A DNA stretch of 64,000 bases from an uncultured bacterium (lineage in GTDB: Bacteria > Babelota > Babeliae > Babelales > Babelaceae), in NCBI GenBank assembly GCA_963713855.1, contig OY970209.1:608001-672000 (forward strand), read 5' to 3'. The translations under genes and the position numbers were made by a program. Below the pieces are notes generated by a model. It was not told where the DNA came from. It did not search any database and saw only the letters and a program-made list of their open reading frames with translations. Within the stretch, counting starts at the first letter, position 1. Each line of letters opens with the position of its first letter. Positions 10,471 through 19,688 of the stretch are shown here, one piece after another.

Positions 10471-12324
10471 ATGTTTAACAAATTAAAAAAATTTAAGCTT
10501 TTGGGGTTGATGCTTTCGGTATCGCTCACTTTAAGCTCGATTTGTAATGGTCAGCTTCGTTCTGACGATGCACGGCGTGTGGCAAGTATTCGTTACAATG
10601 CTCATCAGTTTAATAAGGCGCGTACACAGCAGGGTAGAGATAGGCGAGGTACGAGAATATTGAACACTGCAAGCGGAATCCGGACCCCAAGAGGAGTTTC
10701 AAGTGCGCGAAGGGCACTAGAAAAAAAAGGGATAAGTGGCACAGAGCTTAAAGAATCAGCTTTTAGAAATACGCAATTCTTACTATTTAAAGAAGCAGTC
10801 GACCGGTTTGTGCAAAGAAGAAGAAGTCCGCGTAGGACCAGGAGAGCTGCAATGCGTGTTGTTGCTGCTTATAGACAATTAAGTCCTGCGTATGAACGCG
10901 ACGCTCAGAAATATTTAGCGAAGTACCGTTTGACCTTACCAGTTCTTGGAGCGATTGCCGGCATGTCAACAACACCGGTAGTTCCGCAAAGAACTCCATC
11001 TCCAGCAGAAGCTCGCCAAACTGCTCAGCGAGAAGCTTTGCAAGTTAGAAAAGATGTCGGGCAACTTCAGGCTCAAGTAGGCGAGGTCGAAGGCAAAGTT
11101 AATAAACTTTTAAGTCAGCCAACTACAACGTTTACTTTAGACGAGGTAAAGTCTATCGTTACCAAAGCCGTAGCCGGTCTTCAGAAGAAACTTGTAGACT
11201 TGGAAGCGCGTGTGGCTGACCAGGAAGCCTTGGTAGACCCATCGTTAGATTATGAAAAAGAGAGATTGGAGGCAGAAGCCTCGCAATTTGCGGATGTTAA
11301 AAAGCTTATTGATTTAATCGAGAAAGCTGATGCTTTAATGCTCCGGAAAATTAATTCTCGTAGGGCGGCTCAAGCCGAGTCTATTAGGTCGGACCTTAAC
11401 GATGCTCTTGGTGACTATAAAGATACGCCAAATTCAAATCCAACGATTATGAGCGCAGCTCAAAATCGTATTGTCGGGCTTTCAGCATTTATCGGTAAGC
11501 TTTCTGTCCCCGAAAAACCCGAACCTGTAACAACTAATGCGGTAAGCATGCATGAGCTTCGTAGTGCCATAGATTTTGCTGATCAAGTTCTTGGCAAAGG
11601 TGTACCTATAGCATATCTAGAATCTGTTGAAGAAAGGCTTACAAACGAGCTAACTGTTATTGATGAAGCTATTGCAGATAACAAACAAGGTATCGATTAC
11701 GCAATGATAGCTGATGGTCGCCTAAAGTTGGCACAAGTGGCTAATGAGCTTGCAGCTAGGGCTGCAGCTAAGCCTTTACTGCTACCGATAAAATCAGAGC
11801 CATCTAAGACACCAGCACCTCGTCAGAGCTCTCTTAAGCCGTTATCACCCTTAGCTGAATCTGTAAAAAATCTGACAGATCTTGCTAATGTAATGCTCGC
11901 AGGCGGTGCAACGCAGTATCTTGGAGGCTTGAAGGCAGATCTTCAAAAGAATTTAACTGATCTTCAGAATGAGCCAAGGCCAGATAAGGATGTTGTTGAT
12001 GGAGCACAAGATGCTATTAACCGTATAGAAGCGAAATTGAATGCTCCGGTACTTTCTGGGAATGTGCAAAGAGTAGATGAGCCGACGATGGATTTCTATG
12101 TAAAATCTGTCGTAGATGCCACGAATTACGCAAATTCGTTAAACGCTTATGATTCATATAAGGACTTAGCAGGAGCGATAGCGTCACTGAAGGGCGCAAT
12201 CGAGCATCTCGAAACAGCGGCGGCTGCGCAAAAGGTCGCGGTCGACCAAACCGTCGTCGATAATGCTCAAGGCGCTATCGGACGCCTGATTGCTGTCGAA
12301 AGACAGAAAAGCGCGCCGATCTGA
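10471..12324 (+). CDS. Secreted helical/coiled-coil protein with Arg-rich N-terminal region
   Basis: GAGG RBS, signal peptide, basic region (RRRSPRRTRR), then helical blocks separated by Pro-rich linkers. Confidence 0.7.
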   Translation: MFNKLKKFKLLGLMLSVSLTLSSICNGQLRSDDARRVASIRYNAHQFNKARTQQGRDRRGTRILNTASGIRTPRGVSSARRALEKKGISGTELKESAFRNTQFLLFKEAVDRFVQRRRSPRRTRRAAMRVVAAYRQLSPAYERDAQKYLAKYRLTLPVLGAIAGMSTTPVVPQRTPSPAEARQTAQREALQVRKDVGQLQAQVGEVEGKVNKLLSQPTTTFTLDEVKSIVTKAVAGLQKKLVDLEARVADQEALVDPSLDYEKERLEAEASQFADVKKLIDLIEKADALMLRKINSRRAAQAESIRSDLNDALGDYKDTPNSNPTIMSAAQNRIVGLSAFIGKLSVPEKPEPVTTNAVSMHELRSAIDFADQVLGKGVPIAYLESVEERLTNELTVIDEAIADNKQGIDYAMIADGRLKLAQVANELAARAAAKPLLLPIKSEPSKTPAPRQSSLKPLSPLAESVKNLTDLANVMLAGGATQYLGGLKADLQKNLTDLQNEPRPDKDVVDGAQDAINRIEAKLNAPVLSGNVQRVDEPTMDFYVKSVVDATNYANSLNAYDSYKDLAGAIASLKGAIEHLETAAAAQKVAVDQTVVDNAQGAIGRLIAVERQKSAPI

Positions 12325-12333
12325 TTGAGATTA

Positions 12334-12362
12334 AAGGGCAGCGATATCAGCTGCCCTTCCTT
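12334..12362. terminator. Hairpin terminator between convergent genes
   Basis: AAGGGCAGC-GATATCA-GCTGCCCTT inverted repeat. Confidence 0.7.
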
Positions 12363-12883
12363 TAAAATTCGAAATCTTTGTAGAGCATGCTTGGTTGAAT
12401 GCCATTATTATGTTGGTATTTGTTGCTTGAGTAAGGGGTGTAATCCCCTTCGATCGTGTGATAAAAAATTTGCCCGATCTCAACCCCAGGATAGACTTTT
12501 ACTGGTTGCACACAAAACATCTCAAGAGTCCAAAATCCGCAAAAGCCCACATCACCAAACCCAGCAGTAATGTGAATGAAGAGCCCTAATCTTCCGATTG
12601 ATGAGCGGCCTTCAAGCATCGGCACGGCATTTTTAGTAATGGTATATTCTAAAGTGCGTCCAAGATAGAGGACTCCCGGCTCCAAAATGAGGCCCTGTGT
12701 TGGTATTACCAGAGTCTTTGTTGAATGCTTTTTTTTCATGTCGAGTACGGGCTCGTCGTAGAGTAAAAGCTCATGATGTAGGCGCACGTTGTAGCTGTTG
12801 GGACCCAACTGCTTTTCGTTAAAAGGCTCGATTGTAATATCGTTTCCTAATCTTTTTTTTATCTCAAGTCCTGATAATATCAT
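12362..12883 (-). CDS. dcd: dCTP deaminase
   Basis: Motifs QLGPNSYNVRL, EGRSSIGRLGL, TAGFGDVGF.GFWTLE, YPGVEIGQI. Confidence 0.92.
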   Translation of the reverse strand: MILSGLEIKKRLGNDITIEPFNEKQLGPNSYNVRLHHELLLYDEPVLDMKKKHSTKTLVIPTQGLILEPGVLYLGRTLEYTITKNAVPMLEGRSSIGRLGLFIHITAGFGDVGFCGFWTLEMFCVQPVKVYPGVEIGQIFYHTIEGDYTPYSSNKYQHNNGIQPSMLYKDFEF

Positions 12884-12910
12884 CGCAACAGCCCTTGTGT
12901 AATATAACTC

Positions 12911-13771
12911 TTAGACAGGGTAGAGACCCTCTGACTCGAGTATATCACAAGCTCTTGCTGGCCAATAGACATTGCTTCTAAAGTGATTAAAGTGTTCTCT
13001 TCGGTCACCTAAACCCGGGCCCGAGGTATGTAGAACTCCCGATTCACGTCGATGCAATTCGGCTGACACCTCAACGAGTGGTCCTGGATCTTCTTGAACC
13101 AAGTGGTGTAACTCGACAGATTCACCATCGGGACCGATCGGCGCATTACCACGCAACATTCGCTCGAGGTTGGTGCGTCCGTTGGTATCTACGTGCCATG
13201 GATCGATCAGGCCGTCGCGTTGATGAAACGTGTATCCAGAAGGATTTTCAATGATCGCATCCCAGTGCTCGCCTTCCCTAAATATAGCGCGTGCAAGCAC
13301 GCGGACTTTTCTGCGCACCGTCCCCGAATCTTGTTTTTTCCTTCGCTTTCTACTTTTGCTCTCTCGTGATCCAATCTGTTTTAGAGGGCTCGGATTTTCT
13401 GGGTTGTCTGTATCATGGGTAATGGGATACACTTGCCTAAAAAAGGGAGTCAAAGCGATAGCCTCTCTTCGTATGCGCTCTTTTCGGCGAGGAGTGCTTG
13501 CGTCGGCAAGATCAGTTAGCCGTTCATGGTTACGACTAAAAACTTGAGGTTCCTGTTGCCCTTCCTCGTACTGCATCCGTTTGCGCTTTTTGCCTCTAGG
13601 AGAATCAGCCCCGTCTCGGCCACGGTTAGGATCTCTATTTTCGACGTCGTCGAGGTTTTGAGAACCATCCGATGGCTTGGTAGGCTCCATCGCACAAAGC
13701 GGTGCAAAGAAAAAGCACGGTACCAAAAGGATTAAAAATAATTTATTAAAAAAAGCGATTATCTTTTTCAT
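12911..13771 (-). CDS. Secreted LHH-family (HNH/EndoVII) nuclease with NLS-like basic clusters
   Basis: Probable start MKKIIAFF (13771) with a signal peptide. The C-terminal TNLERMLRGNAPIGPDGESVELHHLVQ...H...LH...FNHFR..YW..RA is the LHH nuclease signature. Confidence 0.85.
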   Translation of the reverse strand: MKKIIAFFNKLFLILLVPCFFFAPLCAMEPTKPSDGSQNLDDVENRDPNRGRDGADSPRGKKRKRMQYEEGQQEPQVFSRNHERLTDLADASTPRRKERIRREAIALTPFFRQVYPITHDTDNPENPSPLKQIGSRESKSRKRRKKQDSGTVRRKVRVLARAIFREGEHWDAIIENPSGYTFHQRDGLIDPWHVDTNGRTNLERMLRGNAPIGPDGESVELHHLVQEDPGPLVEVSAELHRRESGVLHTSGPGLGDRREHFNHFRSNVYWPARACDILESEGLYPV

Positions 13772-13900
13772 TAACGTTTTATACCTATGTGATAAAAAAT
13801 CGTGTTCACATCCAAATTGTAAGTTCATTATCAATTATAAATTATATACTTAAAAAAGCAATAAAACTGCGGGCTTTGTGAACTTGATAGGCATCAAAAT

Positions 13901-14953
13901 TTATGTAGATCTGGTGCTTGCGAATTTTTTCCAGTGGTAGATGAGAAATCCAAAAGTGGCGATGAGGCTTATCTGGATGAGAATGATGGAGGAGATTTTA
14001 AGAGGGACAACGTACTCGGGAAAGCGGTGGGCTCCTTCAAGAAGAGCGAGCATAACGAGGAATGCTATGAAGGAATGTATGAGGAAGATGTTAAAAATAT
14101 GGTCTGAGAGAGTAAAATAACTCACGTTGGGCGAGATTCTTTCGATGACAAAACGATAGGCAAGAAGTCCGGTCAAACTCGCGATACTGAGCGTTACCAT
14201 AGGCTGAGGATACTTTTCCGGATTAAGGGTTAGGGCAAGAAAACCGATAAAAAAGGCAAAAAAGAGCGGTAGCGCGATAATAAACAATTTTCTTGTTCCT
14301 TCCCTGATACAGCTTACGGTAAAGACGAGTGTTGGATACTCGACAACATTGCTGTTGTGCCCACGCCGATCCATTTGAGCATAGGCATCTTCTACCTTCA
14401 GGTACCAACCTGGAATGCGAGGGTGCGTTATAGCCAAACTTTCTTTAGTCGTTTTCAATGACATGTTGCTGAGTATGGAGGACGGGTATTCCAGAATGAG
14501 GTGCATGGCGTGATTTCCAAGAGGAAATGATTGATAATAAAGGTCAGTACTAAATTGGACCCTTATTTTAAAAAAAGTGTGGGTTATTCCATCTTTTACG
14601 TACTCGTCTTGCTCAAAAAGCTCCGCCACTTTTCCTCGTCTACAGGTGAATGCTGTTAGATATTTCTTGTTTATTGCGTCAGCATTATAAGAAAACCATA
14701 AAAATCCCTCGAGTATGAACGAGTTTCCCGTTATATCAAAAAGAGGGAAGTCTTCAATAATAAGCCCAATGTGCACCTCAGGTACATTTGCATTTTCGGC
14801 AAGGGGATAAAAAGGGGAGGGTTGTGCGCTTATCTGGACGTTGTTAAGCGTCTTTATGTTTGTATAAAATAAAAAGATAATGACAACCGCCGTGTACGAA
14901 ATACTCAGCAGCTCAAGAAGAAAGTTATCGATCTGATAAAAGTGCATGGCCAT
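13901..14953 (-). CDS. Pentameric ligand-gated ion channel-like protein (GLIC/ELIC-like)
   Basis: Beta-rich extracellular part (VHIGLII, F.LEGFLWFSY, Pro-loop DLYYQSFPLG, GW), pre-M1 R, LPL in M1, M2-M3 loop PNVSYFTLSD, four downstream TM helices. Confidence 0.75.
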   Translation of the reverse strand: MAMHFYQIDNFLLELLSISYTAVVIIFLFYTNIKTLNNVQISAQPSPFYPLAENANVPEVHIGLIIEDFPLFDITGNSFILEGFLWFSYNADAINKKYLTAFTCRRGKVAELFEQDEYVKDGITHTFFKIRVQFSTDLYYQSFPLGNHAMHLILEYPSSILSNMSLKTTKESLAITHPRIPGWYLKVEDAYAQMDRRGHNSNVVEYPTLVFTVSCIREGTRKLFIIALPLFFAFFIGFLALTLNPEKYPQPMVTLSIASLTGLLAYRFVIERISPNVSYFTLSDHIFNIFLIHSFIAFLVMLALLEGAHRFPEYVVPLKISSIILIQISLIATFGFLIYHWKKFASTRST

Positions 14954-15167
14954 ACTTTAAAAGAGACTTCATTGTCTTCCTACCATACCCCACCAGCACA
15001 TATCTTGTCTATACGGGAAAACTGTTCTAAGCCCCCTTCTTCTGAGATATTCTTATAAGACATTCTAGATGATCTTGAAAACCATTGATTTAAAAGCCTT
15101 TTTTTTAATATAATTACTAGTAGTAAAATAATAAGTACATAACTACCTGATACAAAGGAGGAGTAAT

Positions 15168-15695
15168 ATGTTGAAGAAGTATGTGGCTATTGCGCTTGCG
15201 GTTGGCATGGCGCTGAGTGGCCTTATGATTGAAGCTCGTGGCGGAGGCCGTGGCGGCGGCGGAGGCAGAGGCGGTGGAGGCCGTGGTGGTATGGGCCGTG
15301 GCGGTGGTCGTGGCGGCATGGGTCGTCGTGGCGGCATGGGTCGCGGAGCTATGAGATCAGGATTCCGTGGTGGCCGTGGTATGGCTCGAGGCGGAATGCG
15401 TACAATGACCGGCAGTCGAGGCAGAGGCTTTAATCGTGGCGGACGCGGCTTTAACCGTGGCAGAGGCTTTAACCGTGGTAGAGGCTTTAATCGTGGCTTT
15501 GGACGCGGCGGTGGATGGTGGGGCCCAGGATGGGGTGGCTACTGGGGCGGTGGTTACTGGCCTTGGTACGATGACTATGACTATTCTTATCCAAGCTCAA
15601 CCAGTTATTATTCCTATCCAAGTTCTACTACCTACGTTGTAGATAGCGATAGTGATTATGGCTATGATGATGGTTCCTATGCCACCTATTATTAA
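15168..15695 (+). CDS. Secreted Gly/Arg (RGG)-rich low-complexity protein with Tyr/Ser/Asp tail
   Basis: AGGAGG RBS, signal peptide, repeats RGGMG and RGFNRG, then a WWGPGWGGYW block and a YSYPSST duplication. Confidence 0.8.
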   Translation: MLKKYVAIALAVGMALSGLMIEARGGGRGGGGGRGGGGRGGMGRGGGRGGMGRRGGMGRGAMRSGFRGGRGMARGGMRTMTGSRGRGFNRGGRGFNRGRGFNRGRGFNRGFGRGGGWWGPGWGGYWGGGYWPWYDDYDYSYPSSTSYYSYPSSTTYVVDSDSDYGYDDGSYATYY

Positions 15696-15743
15696 GATTG
15701 TCTTCTTATAAAGAAGCTATCGATGAAGGGTAAGGTTTTCGCC

Positions 15744-16241
15744 TTACCCTTTCATTTTTAAAAAAAGCCAGGCATTTTTAGAAGTCTGATACATCTTTGT
15801 TTTGATTAATGCGTAGGTGCCTTCAAGTTTTTTTCCATGCAGAAGTATTTCTAGGTGACCTTCTTTGTACGCTCTTTCGGCACTTATATCTTTAAGCATA
15901 GAAAAAGTGCCGTGATCCCAAATTTCAACCGTTCCTGCCCCATAATTTCCTGGAGGTATTGTACCTTTAAAGGTGGCATATTCGAGTGGATGATCTTCAG
16001 TTTCAATGGCTAAGTGTTTGTCACCGGTTTTAAGTGGTGGACCTTTGGGTACCGCCCATGATTTGAGTACTCCATCAATTTCGAGCCTAAAATCATAATG
16101 TAGATGACTTGCGGCGTGCTTTTGTACAACGAAGATCGCTTTATCTTTTTGTTGAGCAGGCAACCCCGAAGGCTCTGGTGTTTTGTCAAAAGTTCGTTTG
16201 GAGCGGTATGTTTTGAGTCTCTCATTTGTCATTACGAGCAC
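15744..16241 (-). CDS. Stand-alone LigD 3'-phosphoesterase domain protein
   Basis: FVVQKHAASHLHYDFRLEIDGVLKSWAVPKGP, EDHPLEY, YGAGTVEIWDHG. Confidence 0.92.
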   Translation of the reverse strand: MLVMTNERLKTYRSKRTFDKTPEPSGLPAQQKDKAIFVVQKHAASHLHYDFRLEIDGVLKSWAVPKGPPLKTGDKHLAIETEDHPLEYATFKGTIPPGNYGAGTVEIWDHGTFSMLKDISAERAYKEGHLEILLHGKKLEGTYALIKTKMYQTSKNAWLFLKMKG

Positions 16242-16438
16242 CTTGCTAAAAGACTATATCTTTAGTGTAACAGGGTCATGGCGTAGCAGTGCAAGAGCTC
16301 ACGTTAAAGCTAAGCGAGTGACTGAACAATTCTTATAAATTCAATCTGGTGATAATATATATATTTAAATTCGTAATTTTATATGATAGAATTAGAGGTA
16401 AGGTGATATTTTTCAATAACCAAACGGAAGGTATAATT

Positions 16439-17128
16439 ATGCAATCGACTTCTAAGTTTTTCTATCTTTTATCTGTCCTGTTGCTTGCTGCAACTGTTTC
16501 GGAGTGCAGGCTTGCAGTCATGTCCGATTCATCGAGCACAACGGTAGAAAAAGCTAAACGCAGAGCTCTAAGTGGCTATCTTAACCGAACAAATCGTACC
16601 ACCTTCAATCCTCGTTTTGTAGGTATTTTTGTTAGTAAGACGGATCCTTCAGAAGGGTTTATCGATTTTTGTGGTAAGAAGGTAGCAACTATAAGACTCG
16701 AAGAAAACGGCAAAGAGCAAGATGGCGAACTGTTCGTTGGAAAGCTTGCTAAAAAGGGCATTTTTGTAAAGAAAGCTGATTTAGCTGCTGGCTCATTTGA
16801 ACAATGTCCCCTTCTTCCCGGCAAGAGCCGTGGATACAGCGGTTATGTCAATAAGACGAGTGCGGTAAGCTTTACTCCTCGTTTGATTGGGATTTTTGTA
16901 TCGCAAGATAATCCTGAAGAGGGCTTTCTTGATTTTTGCGGTGTAGGTGTTGGTCCTGTCACCCTCAAGCCAGCAAAAGAAAGTTTAGAAGCGCATGAAG
17001 TTATTCTGGGCACGATCAACGGCAATAACCTAGTTATCTCAGCTGAAAATCTGTCTAAAGCTTCACTTTCTTGTGGAGTATCTCAAAAAGGTCCAGGCTT
17101 CAAGTTTGCTGGAAGAGAAGAGTTATAA
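16439..17128 (+). CDS. Secreted hypothetical protein with an internal two-fold repeat
   Basis: Probable start MQSTSK; signal peptide; two copies of SGYxNxT...FxPRxxGIFVSxxxPxEGFxDFCG. Confidence 0.7.
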   Translation: MQSTSKFFYLLSVLLLAATVSECRLAVMSDSSSTTVEKAKRRALSGYLNRTNRTTFNPRFVGIFVSKTDPSEGFIDFCGKKVATIRLEENGKEQDGELFVGKLAKKGIFVKKADLAAGSFEQCPLLPGKSRGYSGYVNKTSAVSFTPRLIGIFVSQDNPEEGFLDFCGVGVGPVTLKPAKESLEAHEVILGTINGNNLVISAENLSKASLSCGVSQKGPGFKFAGREEL

Positions 17129-17148
17129 AAAAGTAGTAAAAAAAGCAT

Positions 17149-17181
17149 GGGCAGATGTTCCGTAAGGAGCGTCTGCCTTTT
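17149..17181. terminator. Hairpin terminator between convergent genes
   Basis: GGGCAGATGTTCC-GTAA-GGAGCGTCTGCCT with a GNRA loop, followed by Ts. Confidence 0.65.
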
Positions 17182-17182
17182 C

Positions 17183-18154
17183 TTATACGCTTGCTTTGGA
17201 TGGGCGCATGAAGAGTGTGCGTAAACTTTTTTCAAGCTGGTGTTTATATACTGAACAGACAGCTCCCATGCTGATGAAAATGCCAGCTATGCCGACGGTA
17301 GAGTTTATAGGAACACCAAGGAAAAGAGCTTCTAAAACACTCGTCAGGAAGGGAATGCTAAAGCTTGATAAGGTAAGCATAGTGACTGTGTACCTTGGCG
17401 CAATGGTCGTATAGATATGATCAACGGAGCCATGGTAAATGAGCGCTAAGGCCAGCACATCAAAGCGATTATGTATGCAACTGGCAATATCTATTTGAGA
17501 CCACTGTTCAGTGAAAAATGAGTGAGCTACCGCTAAAATGCCGCCAATGATCATACTAACACTGGTTAGCATAAAAGGATCAAAGTTTTTGTCTTTATAA
17601 AGGTCACGTATAAGTATGAAACCGCATGTCCACGCAATATTGGCTAAAATTATCGTTATTTCGCCTGGCATGTAAGAAAGCTGGCTCAAAACGTCCACTG
17701 GACTGAAAAAAGGCGTTGTTCCCAGTGTTATAAGGCCTAGACCAATCCACTCAAAAGCGGTAAGACGCTCACTAAAAATTATCCATTCTAAAAGAGCAGA
17801 CATAAGAACAGCTGTGTTATCCAAAAATGCTGCCTTGGTAGCAGCAACTGTCGCTAGTCCCCAGAGAGCCAGAGCATTATAAAGATATATGCTTAAAATG
17901 CTGCTCAAAGAGATGAGCCCAAGACTTTTCCAGCGCAGTGTAAGTGCTTTTTTGATGAACCCCAGATAGAAAAGGGGTGCTATACCGGTAAGGAGTAAGC
18001 GCACTCCTAAAAAGAGAAGAGGAGGCATGGTATCAACTACAACCTTAGTGAGCGGATAGCCGATTGCATACAGTAAATTGATAAATACAAGGTATAACAT
18101 AAATCCTTTTTTAAGAGCGTATATCGTATACGTTCTTAACATACTCTCACTCAT
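17183..18154 (-). CDS. EamA/DMT family transporter
   Basis: About 10 TM segments; PPLLFLGVRL, ATKAAFL, FSERLT, IPFLTSVL. Confidence 0.8.
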   Translation of the reverse strand: MSESMLRTYTIYALKKGFMLYLVFINLLYAIGYPLTKVVVDTMPPLLFLGVRLLLTGIAPLFYLGFIKKALTLRWKSLGLISLSSILSIYLYNALALWGLATVAATKAAFLDNTAVLMSALLEWIIFSERLTAFEWIGLGLITLGTTPFFSPVDVLSQLSYMPGEITIILANIAWTCGFILIRDLYKDKNFDPFMLTSVSMIIGGILAVAHSFFTEQWSQIDIASCIHNRFDVLALALIYHGSVDHIYTTIAPRYTVTMLTLSSFSIPFLTSVLEALFLGVPINSTVGIAGIFISMGAVCSVYKHQLEKSLRTLFMRPSKASV

Positions 18155-18350
18155 GGATATAGTAAAGAAGAATTGTGAGAGAAAAAAGTGGCTTAGAAGA
18201 AGCCTTTAAATTAACGAGTCAATGCTTCTTTTAGTAAAGCCAGTTACCAAAAAATTCCTCGCTAGCTCTTTATTGAAGAAAAACATTTTCTTTAATCGTT
18301 GTATGAAACAGTATTTCTATTCTTGAAAAAGAAAAGTCGTGACGGGTGGT

Positions 18351-19631
18351 TCAAGATTGACTGGCATGCTCGGCGATGATGCTTCTTAGTTCAGTTGGTA
18401 ACTCAAGAAAAGGAGAACCGCCAGTACCCGCTCGTGCAGTTGTCAAAATTCTTTCAGTTCCGCGTGTTAGAACTTCGTGCATGATAAGACTATATATCAG
18501 TTCATATCGTGCATGGTCGGGTCCAGGATATCTAGCCAAACGTTCGACTCGATGAAGGGCTGGCAATAGCTCAACCTGAGTATTACTTCGAACTTGATGC
18601 AGAAGATACTCAACGATTTCTAAAAAGCCTCCTTGAGCGGCGTACAAAAGAGCTAAGCTGAGATGTTGCGGGGATGCGTGAGTTTGGAGCCTCTCATTAA
18701 ATTCTCGTACAAGGTCCAGGTTGCCCTGTCTGGCTGCAATAACAAGCCCGTCATCTAATGAGATATAGCTAGAAAAATTGTTGACTAGAAGATGGATTAT
18801 AGGCGAATTATTTTGAGCAATGGAGAGCAAAAATATCTCGTTTAATCTTTCAGTAAGCTCTTTTAGAGCTTCTTCGGGAAAATCCGTATGATAAAGTTTT
18901 ATCAAGAGGTCCTCGGCTTGCGAGGTTTCTCTGAGGGCGATAGCTTGTAAAATGGGATCATTCTTAAAAGCATGAAGAATTTCTTTGCGAACCTCTTTTT
19001 TCTCGTTTTCGCTTACTGTATTAAAGTCTGCACCATATTCAATCATAAGTCTGGTGAAGTTACTATTAGTCCGAGTAGAGAACTCAAGGATTGAATGGCC
19101 CATTATCCTAATCCTATTGGGATCAGCTCCGGCTTCGAGAAGCATCTCAAAAGTTTCTAAATCTTTGTCAAGTAGACTCTGAAATAAAGGATTACCGACA
19201 TTAACGTCAGCGCCAGATTCAATGAGTAATCGTATTACCTCAAACGATAACGCTGCCTGTTTAGGTCTCGAATTATATGAATGGTTTCTTCGCTCAGTAA
19301 TTGCAAGTAATAAAGGCGATCTGTCGCGGCTCAACTCATTAATATCGGCGTCTTGCTCAATAAGAGTGCGGATGATTGTGATGCCTTCGGGGCCTTGGAG
19401 TGAAAAAATTGCCAAATGTAAAGGAGAAAAATGGTTGTGGGATTCCGCACCAAGACTCGCTCCCGCTTTAATTGCTGCTCTCAACGCTTTGTCGTCTGAG
19501 GCATAAATTGCATCAGTCAACGCCTTGTTTGCGTTTGCATTATCCCCATTCATTGGCGTGGTGGGCAGAAAAATTGAGTGAGAAAGCCCTGCTAATGCAA
19601 TTAGTGCTAGATGTTTTAAAAGCATTATCAA
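18351..19631 (-). CDS. Secreted ankyrin-repeat protein with C-terminal F-box-like motif
   Basis: SPLHLAI, LIESGADVN, LLEAGADPN; C-terminus PFLELPTELRSII. Confidence 0.85.
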   Translation of the reverse strand: MIMLLKHLALIALAGLSHSIFLPTTPMNGDNANANKALTDAIYASDDKALRAAIKAGASLGAESHNHFSPLHLAIFSLQGPEGITIIRTLIEQDADINELSRDRSPLLLAITERRNHSYNSRPKQAALSFEVIRLLIESGADVNVGNPLFQSLLDKDLETFEMLLEAGADPNRIRIMGHSILEFSTRTNSNFTRLMIEYGADFNTVSENEKKEVRKEILHAFKNDPILQAIALRETSQAEDLLIKLYHTDFPEEALKELTERLNEIFLLSIAQNNSPIIHLLVNNFSSYISLDDGLVIAARQGNLDLVREFNERLQTHASPQHLSLALLYAAQGGFLEIVEYLLHQVRSNTQVELLPALHRVERLARYPGPDHARYELIYSLIMHEVLTRGTERILTTARAGTGGSPFLELPTELRSIIAEHASQS

Positions 19632-19658
19632 CCTCGGTTTCCAGTAATTATTTCAATT

Positions 19659-19688
19659 ATTATAAAAAAAAATAGTGTGTAAAGTCAA
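19659..19688 (-). promoter_or_regulatory. Sigma70-like promoter of the ankyrin/F-box gene
   Basis: TTGACT-N18-TATAAT on the minus strand, about 30 nt upstream of the start. Confidence 0.5.

Noticed and set aside
15143..15337. Pro-rich ORF on the minus strand
   Set aside because: Antisense mirror of the Gly codons of the RGG gene, which has the RBS and signal peptide.
15744..16241. Complete NHEJ system
   Set aside because: Only the phosphoesterase module is present, with no Ku, ligase or polymerase nearby; stand-alone forms are well known.
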